64,000 bases of DNA from Lingula anatina. Its lineage: Eukaryota; Animalia; Brachiopoda. The notes below the pieces were generated by a model. That model was not told the origin of the DNA. It made no database searches and worked only from the letters and a program-made list of their open reading frames with translations. The position numbers were made by a program, and so were the translations under genes. The DNA is taken from NCBI GenBank assembly GCA_051362555.1, contig CM120648.1, positions 16,054,587-16,118,586 on the forward strand, in the 5' to 3' direction. This document shows, one piece after another, positions 40,278 through 52,122 of the stretch. The stretch's first letter is position 1. Each line of letters starts with the position of its first letter.

Positions 40278-40682
40278 ATGGATGCAGTAGTTGTTTGTGG
40301 TGATTTCAATTCCAGAATCGGTAATTTACAAGACTGCATTGAGGGAATAGATAACCTTCCAGAGAGAGCCTGTGTTGATGAAACCATCAATCAGCACGGT
40401 GTGTCTATGATAGATTTCTTAATAGAATCAAAATTCTGTGTATTAAATGGCAGAGTTTTTAAAGAGAAAGACGACTTCACTTGTAGAACAGGACGGGGTT
40501 TGTCAGTAGTTGATTATATAATAGAAGCTCAAGATATGTTTAGAAAATGTCATAGTATGCACGTATCTCCACGTAGTGACTTAGTAGAAGCTCATCATTT
40601 ACACTCATTGCTAAACGGCAGATCAAAAGTACCTGATCACGCATTTTTATCTTTTGTGCTAGACACACATGTAGACCGATGA
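40278..40682 (+). mobile_element. LINE AP-endonuclease fragment (duplication copy 2)
   Basis: Same motifs as 14417-14821. Confidence 0.88.
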
Positions 40683-41341
40683 CATCTATGGGAATAATCC
40701 CAAATATTGGTTGTAACAGAGTCCGTCCTCCATTAGATTCATACAGCTTGGGGTTACCGTGACGTAAGTGGATTGACTTCTGGGACGGACTGGTTACTTA
40801 TACAAGTTTTAAGTTTACATTGATGGGTATCTACTTTTTCTTGTTTTTCTTCTCCGGTAGAATGACGCACTACACGATAAGACGAGAAGGTAATACGACT
40901 TTACATTGACTTGAAATGAAAAAATGATATGTTTGATTTATGCAAGCCATGCAAGGAGTTTACCGAAAGGAAACTGTGGTTCCAATGGGAAGGTACTTCT
41001 TTATTGGCGGTTTTAAAGCAATAAGACCCGCTTTGTCAAAACAACCTGTATATTCCATCATTTATGATAAATCAAACGAGGGTATAAGCTAAAATTATTG
41101 TTTGATTGACATGCAAAGATTAATGACCAAGACGCCATCTTGAGTGGTTAGCTGCAGCATTTACTCTTTCCACCTGCACATAATGCAGCTTGTAAAAACC
41201 GATTGGATTAAAAAAATAATAATATGAGTAGCCATCTTCCCATCGGTATAAATGCTAATTGGGAGCGCAAGGAAATGGGGGGGGGGGCGTCTCCTTGAAG
41301 TCAAAGTATCTGAGGCCGAGGTTGGCAGTCTAGGGAGTATT

Positions 41342-41925
41342 CTGTTTTCCCTTTTTGTCAATGACTGTGAATTAAAATTTCTAAAAAGTGATACCCAGCC
41401 AGTTATTATGAATGATTTGTCACTTTTTCTACTCATGTATGATGATGACATGGTTTTATTCGCTGATTCTGCTGAGGGGCTACATAGTATGTTGAACTCC
41501 CTATCAACGTATACTGATAAATGGTCTTTAACTGTAAATGTAAGAAAAACAAAAATACTGGTATTTAGAAAAGGTGGTGCTTTAAAAACTGATAAAGTAT
41601 GGCTATATAAGGGTCACAAACTGGAAGTAGTTAATGAATTCTGTTACCTGGGTGTCACAATGAATTACAATGGTAAATATTATAAAACCCAGATACAACT
41701 TGCATTATGTACAATGCCGCAAAGCCATGTTCAGTTTGTTTAGAAAGTGTAGTGATATGAGCTTGAACCATACTACCGCTTTATCTTTGTTTGACACTTA
41801 TATATCTAGTATCGCTAATTATGGATGTGAAATATGGGGTCACCATCCTGCCCCTGATATTGAAAAGGTGCATTTGGACTTTGGGAAATTTATTTTGGGG
41901 GTTAAACGTTTAACCCCTGACTCAA
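41342..41925 (+). mobile_element. LINE reverse-transcriptase fragment (duplication copy 2)
   Basis: Same as 15488-16070, with YADD changed to YDDD. Confidence 0.88.
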
Positions 41926-43102
41926 TGAGTATCTGAGGTTGAGGTTTGCGATCTAGGGAGTATTACCCACTTTGGCCAAACTTGTCATTTTAAAACTAAC
42001 GAACTATAATATAAACGCTGAACTTCAAGGTGTCTTAACATGAAAATATTTGGGACACATGAGGGACATTTTGGTTAAGTTGAGGCTCAGACACATTAGT
42101 ATTTTGTATCCGAGGTTGAGGAGTTCAAAGGCGTTGTGAACTATATTAGGATACCAGGTTGCCTTCATTTTCCCTGATGGAACTTGTTTATTTTTTACTA
42201 CTTTGCAGCTGATGATGCATTTGGGTATTTTTTATTATTTTTTGATACAACCATGCATCCAGTTTTATTGCCATTCATTTCCAGTCCCCTCTTCTCGGTT
42301 CAAAAACATGGTTCAAATATAAAAAAAATCCAAACACAATCTGACATATAAGTTTTATTACATTCTAAGCAAATGAATTTGATATATTCAAATAAAAGTA
42401 CATGCAGGCATATAAAGGCAATGTCCGAATTCCAGTGTCGTCATCGTGAGCTAAAACAATACCACCACCAACCCCCCCCCCCCCCCCAACAAAAAAAAAA
42501 AAAAAAAAAAAAAAACATTTATTTATAAAAAAGACAATCTTTTCATAAATTTTATTGTAGAAAAGCTTCATACCAGACACAAAGTGCGATCTAAGTGCGA
42601 GTCATTTTTTGGTATCTTTTTTAACATTATTCTCATTTTCTGTCATAAACACAGAAAGTAAGGCTACAACTGAAAGTAAGCAATAGCAGTCGTTAAGCTG
42701 ATTTTACTCAGCGAGATTCCCTACAGATTAATAACGATCTACGTACATTGTAGACCGATGACATCTATGGGACAGGCCCAAATATTGGTTGTAACAGAGT
42801 CTTTCCTCCATTAAATTTATATGGGGGTTACCGTGACGTAAGTGGATTGACTTCTGAGAAGAGTACTTATACAGGTTTCACGTTTACTTTAACGGATATC
42901 TAATTTTTCCTGTCGAAAGGCGGTCAAAGGTGAAGGATGAATCAAAGATAAATTTAGAAGACTGACTGAAATATATCTCTGGATCTGCCCTTAGCCGTGT
43001 ATCGTAAGGGGCTCTGGTGCATTGGGACTGGTTGACTTCCCAACATTTTATTATTTAAAAAAAATGTTTTAAATTGAACCGTCTTATTCCACCAACTTTC
43101 AG

Positions 43103-44528
43103 CTAGATTACGGTGTACTCAAACAGAGGGATATATTTCCCCCTTGATTCGTCATACTTGGCGCACAATTTCAACTTCCCGGGACAGTCTCCTGTATAAA
43201 CTGTTCCATCCCACGTGTCCCCGTCGCTAGGCAACGGTTGCCATTTCCGGTTCACCATAGCGGAGACCTGTAGCGCTCCAGGAACCTGAAGTTTGAAACT
43301 TATTAGGCTTCCGGCGTCAAGGACCCCCGTGAAAGGGTGATGGAGAACCCCTACATCCCAGCGCCCTAACGCGATGGGCAAGGGGCATTGTTCCATAGAC
43401 GGCACAGAGCAGCGAACAAGCACGCGGTAAACACACTCAAATTGGTCTTCCACTGCCGACTGCGAAACTGAGATTTGGGATACATTCAAGTCTAATTCCG
43501 CAGCGAAAACAGAAAGCATGTAAAATCCGTTTTTTATCATTCTTAATCTGAATCCCACGTGATCTGGGTCTTTTTCGTAGATCATGGCGAACTGAGTGTT
43601 CTCCAGAGCGGACGACACCGATTTCCCAAAATATACGAAAGTATGCGAAATTCGGCAGTTTCTTTTTGTAAGTATTCGAAAACAATAATCACTTTCTTTG
43701 TCATGTACAACGTATGGGTCAAAACGAGCTACAGGAGAAATGCCCAAGCCCTTGGCATGTGCAGTGGCACCCAAAATGTGTACATTTGGATAATGACGTC
43801 TGCTAGAAGATTTGTCGACGTCAGTACAGTTAATCTGAAACACGCATGCGCATTCCATGGTGGTCGAAGGGTCGTCTGCTACGAATATTTTGAAAAAGTA
43901 TATGCCTGGCTGTGGGACTTTGGCAGTGAAAAGAACCTCGTTGTCGATTCTTCGACTAAGAACGCTTCCTGTCCCCGATTCTCGACTAGCTGCAGACGGG
44001 GGGTGGTGTGGGTCAATTTTAGCAGCAAAGTCTGCCCGACTGGCATTCGGCACTCCTATTCTCACCTCAGCCCTGCCGGAGTGCGTCCATAGAATCGATA
44101 TGTACCGGGTTGCAAAGCGCAGGCCTTTGTTAAAAAATGGCGCCTTTACCACCGGGAGTCTAATAAATTCCTCCATGGAAATGGCAGGCTCCATTAGCTG
44201 CCACTTTTTGTCGTCCGGAAAATGTTCAAAAATATGATCTTCGGGGTCTGTGAGAAAATAAAACTCCTCACACCGATATTGAAGCTCTTCGTTGATGACA
44301 TTCCCCTGACCTTGACCTGGTGATGTGATCTGACCTTGACCTAGTTCGTCCTCAAAATGTTTCCCCCTGGTGAATCGTGCACCCCATTGGCAGTTGATGA
44401 AGTGCCAAGACCCGTCCACGCAGACCGCTGTCCAGGAATTTCTGAAGCGCCTGGACATTTTACGACCAGCCCTGTAGCCAGAACCCTTCGAGTACCCACG
44501 GATGATCTCACAGTGAATTCCAGCGTAA
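43103..44528 (-). CDS. Hil: hillarin-like terminal exon, copy 2 (open frame)
   Basis: The 451-aa ORF differs from copy 1 only at GNTW/GDTW in the provided translations. Confidence 0.88.
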
Positions 44529-46550
44529 CTAATATAAAAAATAAAAACAATAACAATGACTTTTAATTGACTTCCCGAAAAAAGGCAGCTTTAAGGAACA
44601 AAGACTAGATAAATGTCTAAAAAAATGTTTTTGAAATGACAAAAATAAATAATAAAAAGTTACATCACTTTAATTGAATCCCCGAAAATAAGCAGTCATA
44701 ATGAAGAAAGACTCGACTGATACATTCAGTTCACTGTTAGAATGAGGGAACAGGGTTTCCTTGAGAAAAGAAAAGAAGAAGAAAAGAAGTTCAAGAAAAA
44801 TAAGAAGAAGAGGTGGATACCACCAAAGATAAGATTGAGGGGTACTTGCTATGCCAACTCCCCCCCAACCCAGAATCCAGAATACAGTTTAGCCCACCCT
44901 CGACGTTGCAGGTGGTTTCCTCGAATAAAATATTCACTGAAAGTGGTATAGAGTTTCATGAGACAAGAGGCACTGAGGTTTACCTGCATAGTCGTTTAAA
45001 AAGAACATGATAACTTTCAATCCCCAGTTTGATCCCTCTAAGCAGTCCCAGGGGAGTGTCTGGGTCAAGGTCATCGCTGAACTCCATCTTGTTCAGGTTC
45101 TTTACGGTAATCCAACGGAATATGGCTCTGAAAGCATGTAACATTAACAACGTTAAACAAACGTGCACCTTGGTTTAGACAGCGCAAAAACAGATTAAAG
45201 AAATGTTAAAATCAATGATGTTGCATCTGCCCTAAGAATTTCACTAAGTATTATATGAGATAAAATAGGCAAATGTTCTTTAAAAAAATCAGTCATTTTT
45301 CTAATATGCAATTGCAATCATGCTCAGTGTGTGTTTGTTCAGGAAAATAATAAATAAATAAGATTAAAATTAAAATTAATTAAAATCAAAATAAATAAAA
45401 TCAAATAAAACAGATATCAGAATTCAATGCTGACCTTCAGTAATATTTATAATAAGAATGATTAGTACCTTGCTTTTTCTAATTCGTTACAGCAGTCCTT
45501 GGTTAGGTTCCTTACAAGGTCTGTAAATGTAGTCAAATCGTCGGATTTCGCAACCTTTAATAACAATAGTAAAAAAGTCTTAGTCATACCCCGCTTGAAG
45601 AAGGAAAACAACTTTTCCCCAAGGATATCAAGAAGCATGAATAATGTAAAAATGTAACAATATGATAAAAATCCTTCTCTCTACAATTAAGCCCATTGTA
45701 ATTATTTACTTATTTATTTATTTATTACAAGAGAATATACGAATGTACGCCTGGTAAGGAAAGTGAGTCAATCTCGTCGTAGAGTGGAACTGCTGTTTTA
45801 ATTTCGTGACTTTGTCAAAACAACAAAAAAGTCACAAAATTGGCCATAATTCCCAGGTGCAGACGTCTCACTCACTAACATTTGGTCTGGTGATGAATAC
45901 TGACAGATTTTTACTAAAATTGAAGCAATGGCTTGTAACGACGGTTATGAATTTCACTGGGGATATGTGCACAGAAGCCACATTTCCTGTTTGCGTCGCC
46001 AACGTCAAAATGTTTTCAACAAGATATGTCTGTCGAATTTCATAGTTATGAAACATTTCATTGTTTTTTTTTTTTCATATTCAAATATTGCTTTTTTTTT
46101 GTTCATTTTAATTTATTTCAAAAGTCGAGTTTGGCTGTACGGTTTGTCAGAGTTTAAAATTATGTCTTAACGGAACAAATCTTTTTAATTGGATTATGCC
46201 CCTATTTCACACAGACCACGAATCCCACGAATCGCCAGGAATCGACAAATTTCAGGATTCGTGAGGATTCGTGAGATTTTTTAATGAACTACAGCTGACG
46301 ACGTAACAAACGTAGCGTCTCCCTGGCAGAGCTTTCTGCTGCTGTACACATAATAAAGGTTCATCTTTTCTGGACCTTGGTAGGTAAACGGAGCAGGACA
46401 TTCTTGGTCTCACAGCACCCCTGTCCTGGATAGATAAACCCTGTCCCCTCCCAACTCCACTCGTCGCTCTCATTGGGTAGTCAGCTGGTGGACGGAGAAT
46501 CCGTAGCCTTGGTAGGTAGTCCAAACCAAACATTTTTATTTCAACCCTCC

Positions 46551-46587
<37 letters not shown>

Positions 46588-48483
46588 GCTTAGTCTCACA
46601 GTTCCCTACTGTCCTGGATAGAAAAAAAAAACTCTTCATCCTCCTCTCGTTGCTCTCGTAGGGTATTCAGCCGATGTACTGATAATTCTTAGCCTGGTTA
46701 TTAAGCCCAAAAAGAACATATTTTATCTCAACCTCCATCTGCCACCCTGTGTAGATTACACCTCACCCCAGCAACCCCCCCACCCACCCACCCCACCATA
46801 TACCCTCTGATATCACAACCCCACTAAAATACTGTACAGAATCACACTGTTGGGTTTTCAACAATTTTGTACCAGAATACTAGCGCACCCTGTGGTCAGA
46901 GAGTACCAGCCATACGGTTGGCTTGGCTTTGTGACAGGACTGGTAGTCCTAGGAATGGAAGTCCAGGTTCCCATATGATAAGTACAGGTTAGGGTTAGCC
47001 GGTGTGACAGGAATGGTAGTCCTAGGAATGGAAGTCAGGACTCTCATAAGGCTAGTACAGATTAGGGTTAGTCGGAGTATTGGGGTTAGTATGTGGGGCG
47101 AATGTCACCTGTTCAAAATTAAATGGGGAACTGTATATGGTTCACTAGCGGACAACTATTCCTGTCAAAGGCTGCTATACCCTCTCGTACAATGGTTTCA
47201 CTGACGTACGCCCCTTATAAAACTAGCTTCTTCTGTCCACTTCCAGAACATGATTCTTCAACACACCTTACTTAAAATAAGACTTTGTGGCAAATCTATG
47301 TTTTGATTGCTGAAGGTATATATTTTTCAAATGGACTCATTGTTATTTCTTCTAAAGCAACACAATAAGACACGTCTGGCTGCTTTCCTCCAGAAGGCAT
47401 GTGTTATAGACTTATACAAGCATGTTTTGTTCTTGCATCACACAGTGATCGACTTTCATCCTTTTTAAAGGTCAAACTTTATTATCTACCCTGGCAACGC
47501 ACGAAGCGTTAGATCAATAAATAGAATTCAAATAAAATTACTGATCAATAAAAATAAGAATATCAATAGATATTTAAATAATCAAGATAAAATAAATTTA
47601 TTTTAATCAGTCAACGTTGACACTTGTATACCGTTCTGTAAGTTTTATTTCGTCTTGGCATCTGCACAGGTTCATTCACTTATGTAGGCGTTTTGAGGTA
47701 GGAAGAGTCTAAAAGAAACATTTTTTTTGTTTTTTCTTTTAGTTACGGATACTGTTAGCCTTTGCCAAAGCTCCTCATTAACTGCCTCACATACATTCAT
47801 TTGGATAATAGATAAATCTTTAGTGTTCAGTGACTTAATTAATTAACATTTACACGTATGTTATTTTACGAGTGAGGTCATAATTGCGGCTTTGTGATAA
47901 AATATTGAAAGATTGGTTTCGCAAATTTCTCCTTTACCTGAGAACCTACGAACACCGCTTCAACGCCAATTTAATGACACCATTTAGTACTCCAAAATCC
48001 TGCCATAGATTCGTTTTAAAAGTCTTTGTTCAGATTTTATCGTTGATAAAGCAAAATAATGTCTTTGTTTAATTTTAAAAAATCTGTTTTTAGGGATGAA
48101 GTTACGCCCCACACCGATAGATTATATTTTGGGTTTTTTTTTTATTGTTTTAAATCAAAACAAAGATAAGTGCATTGTTGAATAATAAGATGCAGGAAAA
48201 AACTACATTTCGGCATCTGGATGATAAAAAAGGCTTAGAATACCCTGTGGTTAAGCGAATGGCGAAAATCCATATAATCCAAACGCATTCAAATAAATAA
48301 ATAAATAAATATGTAAATAAATAAATAAATAAAGCCATACAATACTGACCTCGATCGCTTGCATATCGAGGCGTTGGACGGCAGAATCCGACTTTTCAAA
48401 GAGGTCCATCTTTTTAACCTCTGGTGGAGCGACATCTGGCGTAAAGATCTGTTGAAATCATTCTCTGTGTCGATCGCTCTTTC
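43103..48483 (-). pseudogene. Hil: hillarin-like gene, copy 2 (last four exons only in the window)
   Basis: Exons 48483-48350 (134 nt, 1-nt deletion near 48441), 45554-45469, 45127-44984 and 44528-43103. The upstream intron runs into the transposase array at 49649. Confidence 0.85.
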
Positions 48484-48981
48484 CTGAAATGTTTCAACGT
48501 GTTATTGTGAGTTAAGAAACACAAGGCTGGCTCATTTATAAAGATCATATATGTGGTGGGGGGGGGGGGGGGGGTTGCTCAAAACCCCGAAACCAAAATG
48601 CCGCGCTATGGGATTAGCCTTGCGAATGTGGTTATTGTAAATTCTAATCAACACTGTTTCTAAGAAGCACTGCATAACAAGTAGGGAGAGTTTACCATTT
48701 ATGAGTCCCACAAGGTGGAAACATAGTGTCTATGAAGAAATACAAAACGAAACTTTGTGAACCAGTCAATTAATTATCCTGCTTACTTAACCGGCCTTGT
48801 GGAGATGCAAATAAATACATAAATAAATAAATAAATAAATGAAATAAATAAATGAAATAAATAAATGAAATAAAATAAAATAATAAACGAATAAAAATTA
48901 AACACATAAATACTACACTATTACCGAATACAGTCATAATGAATAAAATAAGAATTTCACGTTAGAAATAGCTAAAATAAG

Positions 48982-48984
<3 letters not shown>

Positions 48985-49047
<63 letters not shown>
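48985..49047. repeat. (TA)n microsatellite specific to duplication copy 2
   Basis: Copy 1 has only gactatatctat at ~23265-23276. Confidence 0.9.
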
Positions 49048-49048
<1 letters not shown>

Positions 49049-49761
49049 TTTAAACTTCATCAATTTGAGATAAATGGGCATAAACATCCTGTGAAAAAAT
49101 ACAAATACACATGCATATTATGTGCCCACGACTTGAATTTCACCACTGTCACAATTTCCTCCTCAGCTTCTATTGCAACAGCTGTATTCAGTTTGATAGC
49201 ACTAGCAGACTTACCTCTGGGATATTCAAACTATGGAGCCGGAAACTCTCCGAGGTGACTCAAACTGTTCGTAAAATCAAGCGAGATTTCGCTGTATCTA
49301 GAGTAGGTTTGGGGTATAGATAATGGCAGCTTTATAATACGTAAACGCTTTTAATACGTAGGGGACAGTTTATTATTTTTTTCTTTTCAATTGTCTTTCA
49401 AAAGTATATTTCATTAAATTTTCAAACATTTTATTAGTCAGGAAATCTAGACCGACCCCCCCCCCCCCCTTGTATAACTCAAAAAGGGGGTGAAGTCCCA
49501 AGAAGATGGTAGCTCTACGTTGAGTTGAGGGGGGGGGGGGGGGACAAGTTGGCACCCTATACGAACATGAAGTATCCCATGTAAACACCTTGAAATACAC
49601 GTTTATTTATTAAGTTGATTTTTGAGAGTCATTGATGAATAAATAATTAGACCCCAGCTCAGCCAAAAATCATACCAGCTCACAGAGTTAGTCCGAAGTC
49701 CATAAGTGAAAAATACTGTCATCTTAGAGGAGAAAAAAAATTAGAGTTGCCAGGAGATAGA

Positions 49762-51771
49762 ATGCCTGGAAGAAAAAAGGCCAGAAAATGGTATTTTAAG
49801 CCAGGCAATACCTATGGGTCTCAGTACTGGCAAGGTGTCAGTGAAAAAAAAGCAGACCAGAGGAAAGAAGAAAGTCACCCCTTTACCAGACTGAGTGCTA
49901 CTCAGTATGAAGACCTTGTGACAGTGAGGAGAGATGGCACTCTCAGCCTCCATGATGTTGATGGAAATCCTGCTCCAGTGAGGTTGCTGAGACCAGTAAA
50001 ACCAAAGGCCACAGTCCAGCAGCCTGAGTCTGATGGCAAGCCACCAGTCAGTGATGATGTCTACAAGCTACACCATCAGGGGAAGCTGCTGCAGTTTTTT
50101 AATGACTGCTTTCAAGAGCATGCAGAGACCAGTGCTGGTTGTAATGGCAGACTTGTCTTCGACCCAAACAAAGAGGAGAAGCGAGGACTGTGTTGGAAGG
50201 AGGAAATGAAGTGTGGGAAATGCAGCTATCACTCTAAAAAGACAAAACTGTACACAGAGGTGACAAGAGAAGGACCAGGGTGCAAGGCAGCAGTACCTAA
50301 TGTAGCCATACAAGTTGGACTGTCCCAGACAATGATATCAAATGTTGCATGCCGGCGAATTTTGATGTCAGCTCACATCCCTGTACCAGCAACAAGTGGG
50401 ATGCAGAAACATACAAACAGTGTGCATGACAAGATAGTGGAAGCCAACAGAGGTGACATGGCCAGAAGGCGGGCTCAGCTGCATGAGAACAACCAAGTAA
50501 TGGGCCTCCCCAGAGACGCACCCATCAGAGTAGAGGGAGATGGACGTTATAATAACCCCCTGTATTCAGGTGCAGGGAAAACTCCCTTCCAGGCAGGCAC
50601 ACAGGCAGTGTATACAGTAGTTGAAAATCAAACTAAGAGCAAACAGGTGATTGCTGTGGCAACAAAAAATAAACTCTGTACTACAGCACAAAGACTGAGA
50701 AACAAGGGGCAGCGTGTGACATGTCCAGATCACCATGGCCACTGCTCTGCTTCAGCACCTCCTAACTCCAGCATTGGCGATGAAGCTGACCTAGCCCAGG
50801 CATGTGTGTTGGAAATGCAGCAGGACAACGAGCCAACACGTGTGAAGTACTGCATTCTGGATGGTGATTCACGTGCACTGAAGGGTTTCCAACCTACCTC
50901 AGAGACATCAACAAGTGATACCCCTCCGCTTCTACTAAAAGACACCCGTCACCTCAGTCTTGGACAGAAACGTGCACTGGCCAAAGTATCCTGGAGTTCT
51001 GGGATGTTTCCTAGACATCTGAAAATAGAGAAAGAAAAACTGATAAACAGATTCAATGAGGATGTTAAGCGTCAGTGTGCTATGACATTGTCACTGTGTT
51101 ATGATGCATGTGCTGGAGATGTGAACAAGATGATAAAAAAACTGACCTATGCCACTGATGCCATGATTGACTGTTACAATGGAAACCATGACTTATGCAA
51201 AAGAGGCAAGTCCTTCACATGTCAGGGCACAAAAAGACACCATTGGAACAAGCCCATGCTACCAGAAGGCTACAGGCTACATATGACTGATGAGGATAAA
51301 GATAAATTAAGACAATGTATTGGTTACAAATTGGACAGAAATGCAGTGCTCTCTCAGCACTTTAATAGTAACAGTCAAAAAGCAGAAGCAGTTAACCGCA
51401 CCTATACATCAACAAACCCAAAATGTGTCACCATGACAAGGAATTTCAGTGGCAGGATACACAGTGCTGTCCACAAGGTGAACAATGGACCAGGTCAGTC
51501 TACAGTGCAGCTACTGGAACATGTTGGAGCCAGCCTTCCACACAATTCCCGTGTTCGATGCCAGCTGAAAAGTGAAGATGCACAAGTGAAAAAGAGAAAA
51601 GATTCTAAAAAGAATATTAAAAGCAAGCAAAACAGAATAAAAACTGTTCTAAGAAACTATCAAATGTATGACTCTAGACCAGAAAAAGTTGTGTACAAAA
51701 AAGGCATGCATGACAAGCTGCCACAGAAATCCATTAGATGCCCTCCAGATCATAATTATAATAAAAAATAA
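49762..51771 (+). CDS. Mutator-like/Kolobok-related DDE transposase, unit 1 (669 aa from first ATG)
   Basis: RGL..C..C N-terminal motif, IRVEGDGRY (D260), VIAVATKNKLC..H.C, YCILDGDS (D367), DTRH (C/D-x-x-H), CYNGNHDLC, NSQKAEAVN (E542) and a basic C-terminus. Family assigned by motif recall, not by search. Confidence 0.8.
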   Translation: MPGRKKARKWYFKPGNTYGSQYWQGVSEKKADQRKEESHPFTRLSATQYEDLVTVRRDGTLSLHDVDGNPAPVRLLRPVKPKATVQQPESDGKPPVSDDVYKLHHQGKLLQFFNDCFQEHAETSAGCNGRLVFDPNKEEKRGLCWKEEMKCGKCSYHSKKTKLYTEVTREGPGCKAAVPNVAIQVGLSQTMISNVACRRILMSAHIPVPATSGMQKHTNSVHDKIVEANRGDMARRRAQLHENNQVMGLPRDAPIRVEGDGRYNNPLYSGAGKTPFQAGTQAVYTVVENQTKSKQVIAVATKNKLCTTAQRLRNKGQRVTCPDHHGHCSASAPPNSSIGDEADLAQACVLEMQQDNEPTRVKYCILDGDSRALKGFQPTSETSTSDTPPLLLKDTRHLSLGQKRALAKVSWSSGMFPRHLKIEKEKLINRFNEDVKRQCAMTLSLCYDACAGDVNKMIKKLTYATDAMIDCYNGNHDLCKRGKSFTCQGTKRHHWNKPMLPEGYRLHMTDEDKDKLRQCIGYKLDRNAVLSQHFNSNSQKAEAVNRTYTSTNPKCVTMTRNFSGRIHSAVHKVNNGPGQSTVQLLEHVGASLPHNSRVRCQLKSEDAQVKKRKDSKKNIKSKQNRIKTVLRNYQMYDSRPEKVVYKKGMHDKLPQKSIRCPPDHNYNKK

Positions 51772-51909
51772 TAATTTTATATAAACAACGTGGTTTGTTA
51801 TTTATTTATTAAATTGTGTGGGGTTAATTTTACTTAAAAGTTGGGGTTAACTTTCATGGTCACACTTAAAAGTTGGGGTTAACTTTCACAGCAGTCACAC
51901 TTAAAAGTT

Positions 51910-52122
51910 GGGGTTAAAGTTAGGGTTAGGGTTAGACTTAGGGTTAGGGTTAGGGTTAAAGTTAGGGTTAGGGTTAGAGGGTTAGGGTTAGGGTTAGGGT
52001 TAGACTTAGGGTTAGACTTAGGGTTAGGGTTAAAGTTAGGGTTAGGGTTAGACTTAGGGTTAAAGTTAGGGTTAGGGTTAGACTTAGGGTTAGGGTTAGG
52101 GTTAGTGTTAGGGTTAGGGTTT
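51910..52122 (+). repeat. degenerate telomeric tract (TTAGGG)n, unit 1
   Basis: GGGTTA hexamers interspersed with GACTTA, AAGTTA and GTGTTA variants. Confidence 0.95.

Larger units (their letters stand above)
36024..49648. repeat. segmental duplication, copy 2, ending at the transposase array
   Basis: Homology to copy 1 stops at gatgaataaata (49634-49645, equivalent to 23872-23883). Confidence 0.95.

Noticed and set aside
51910-52122. True chromosome telomere
   Set aside because: The tracts are short, degenerate and internal, with unique sequence on both sides.
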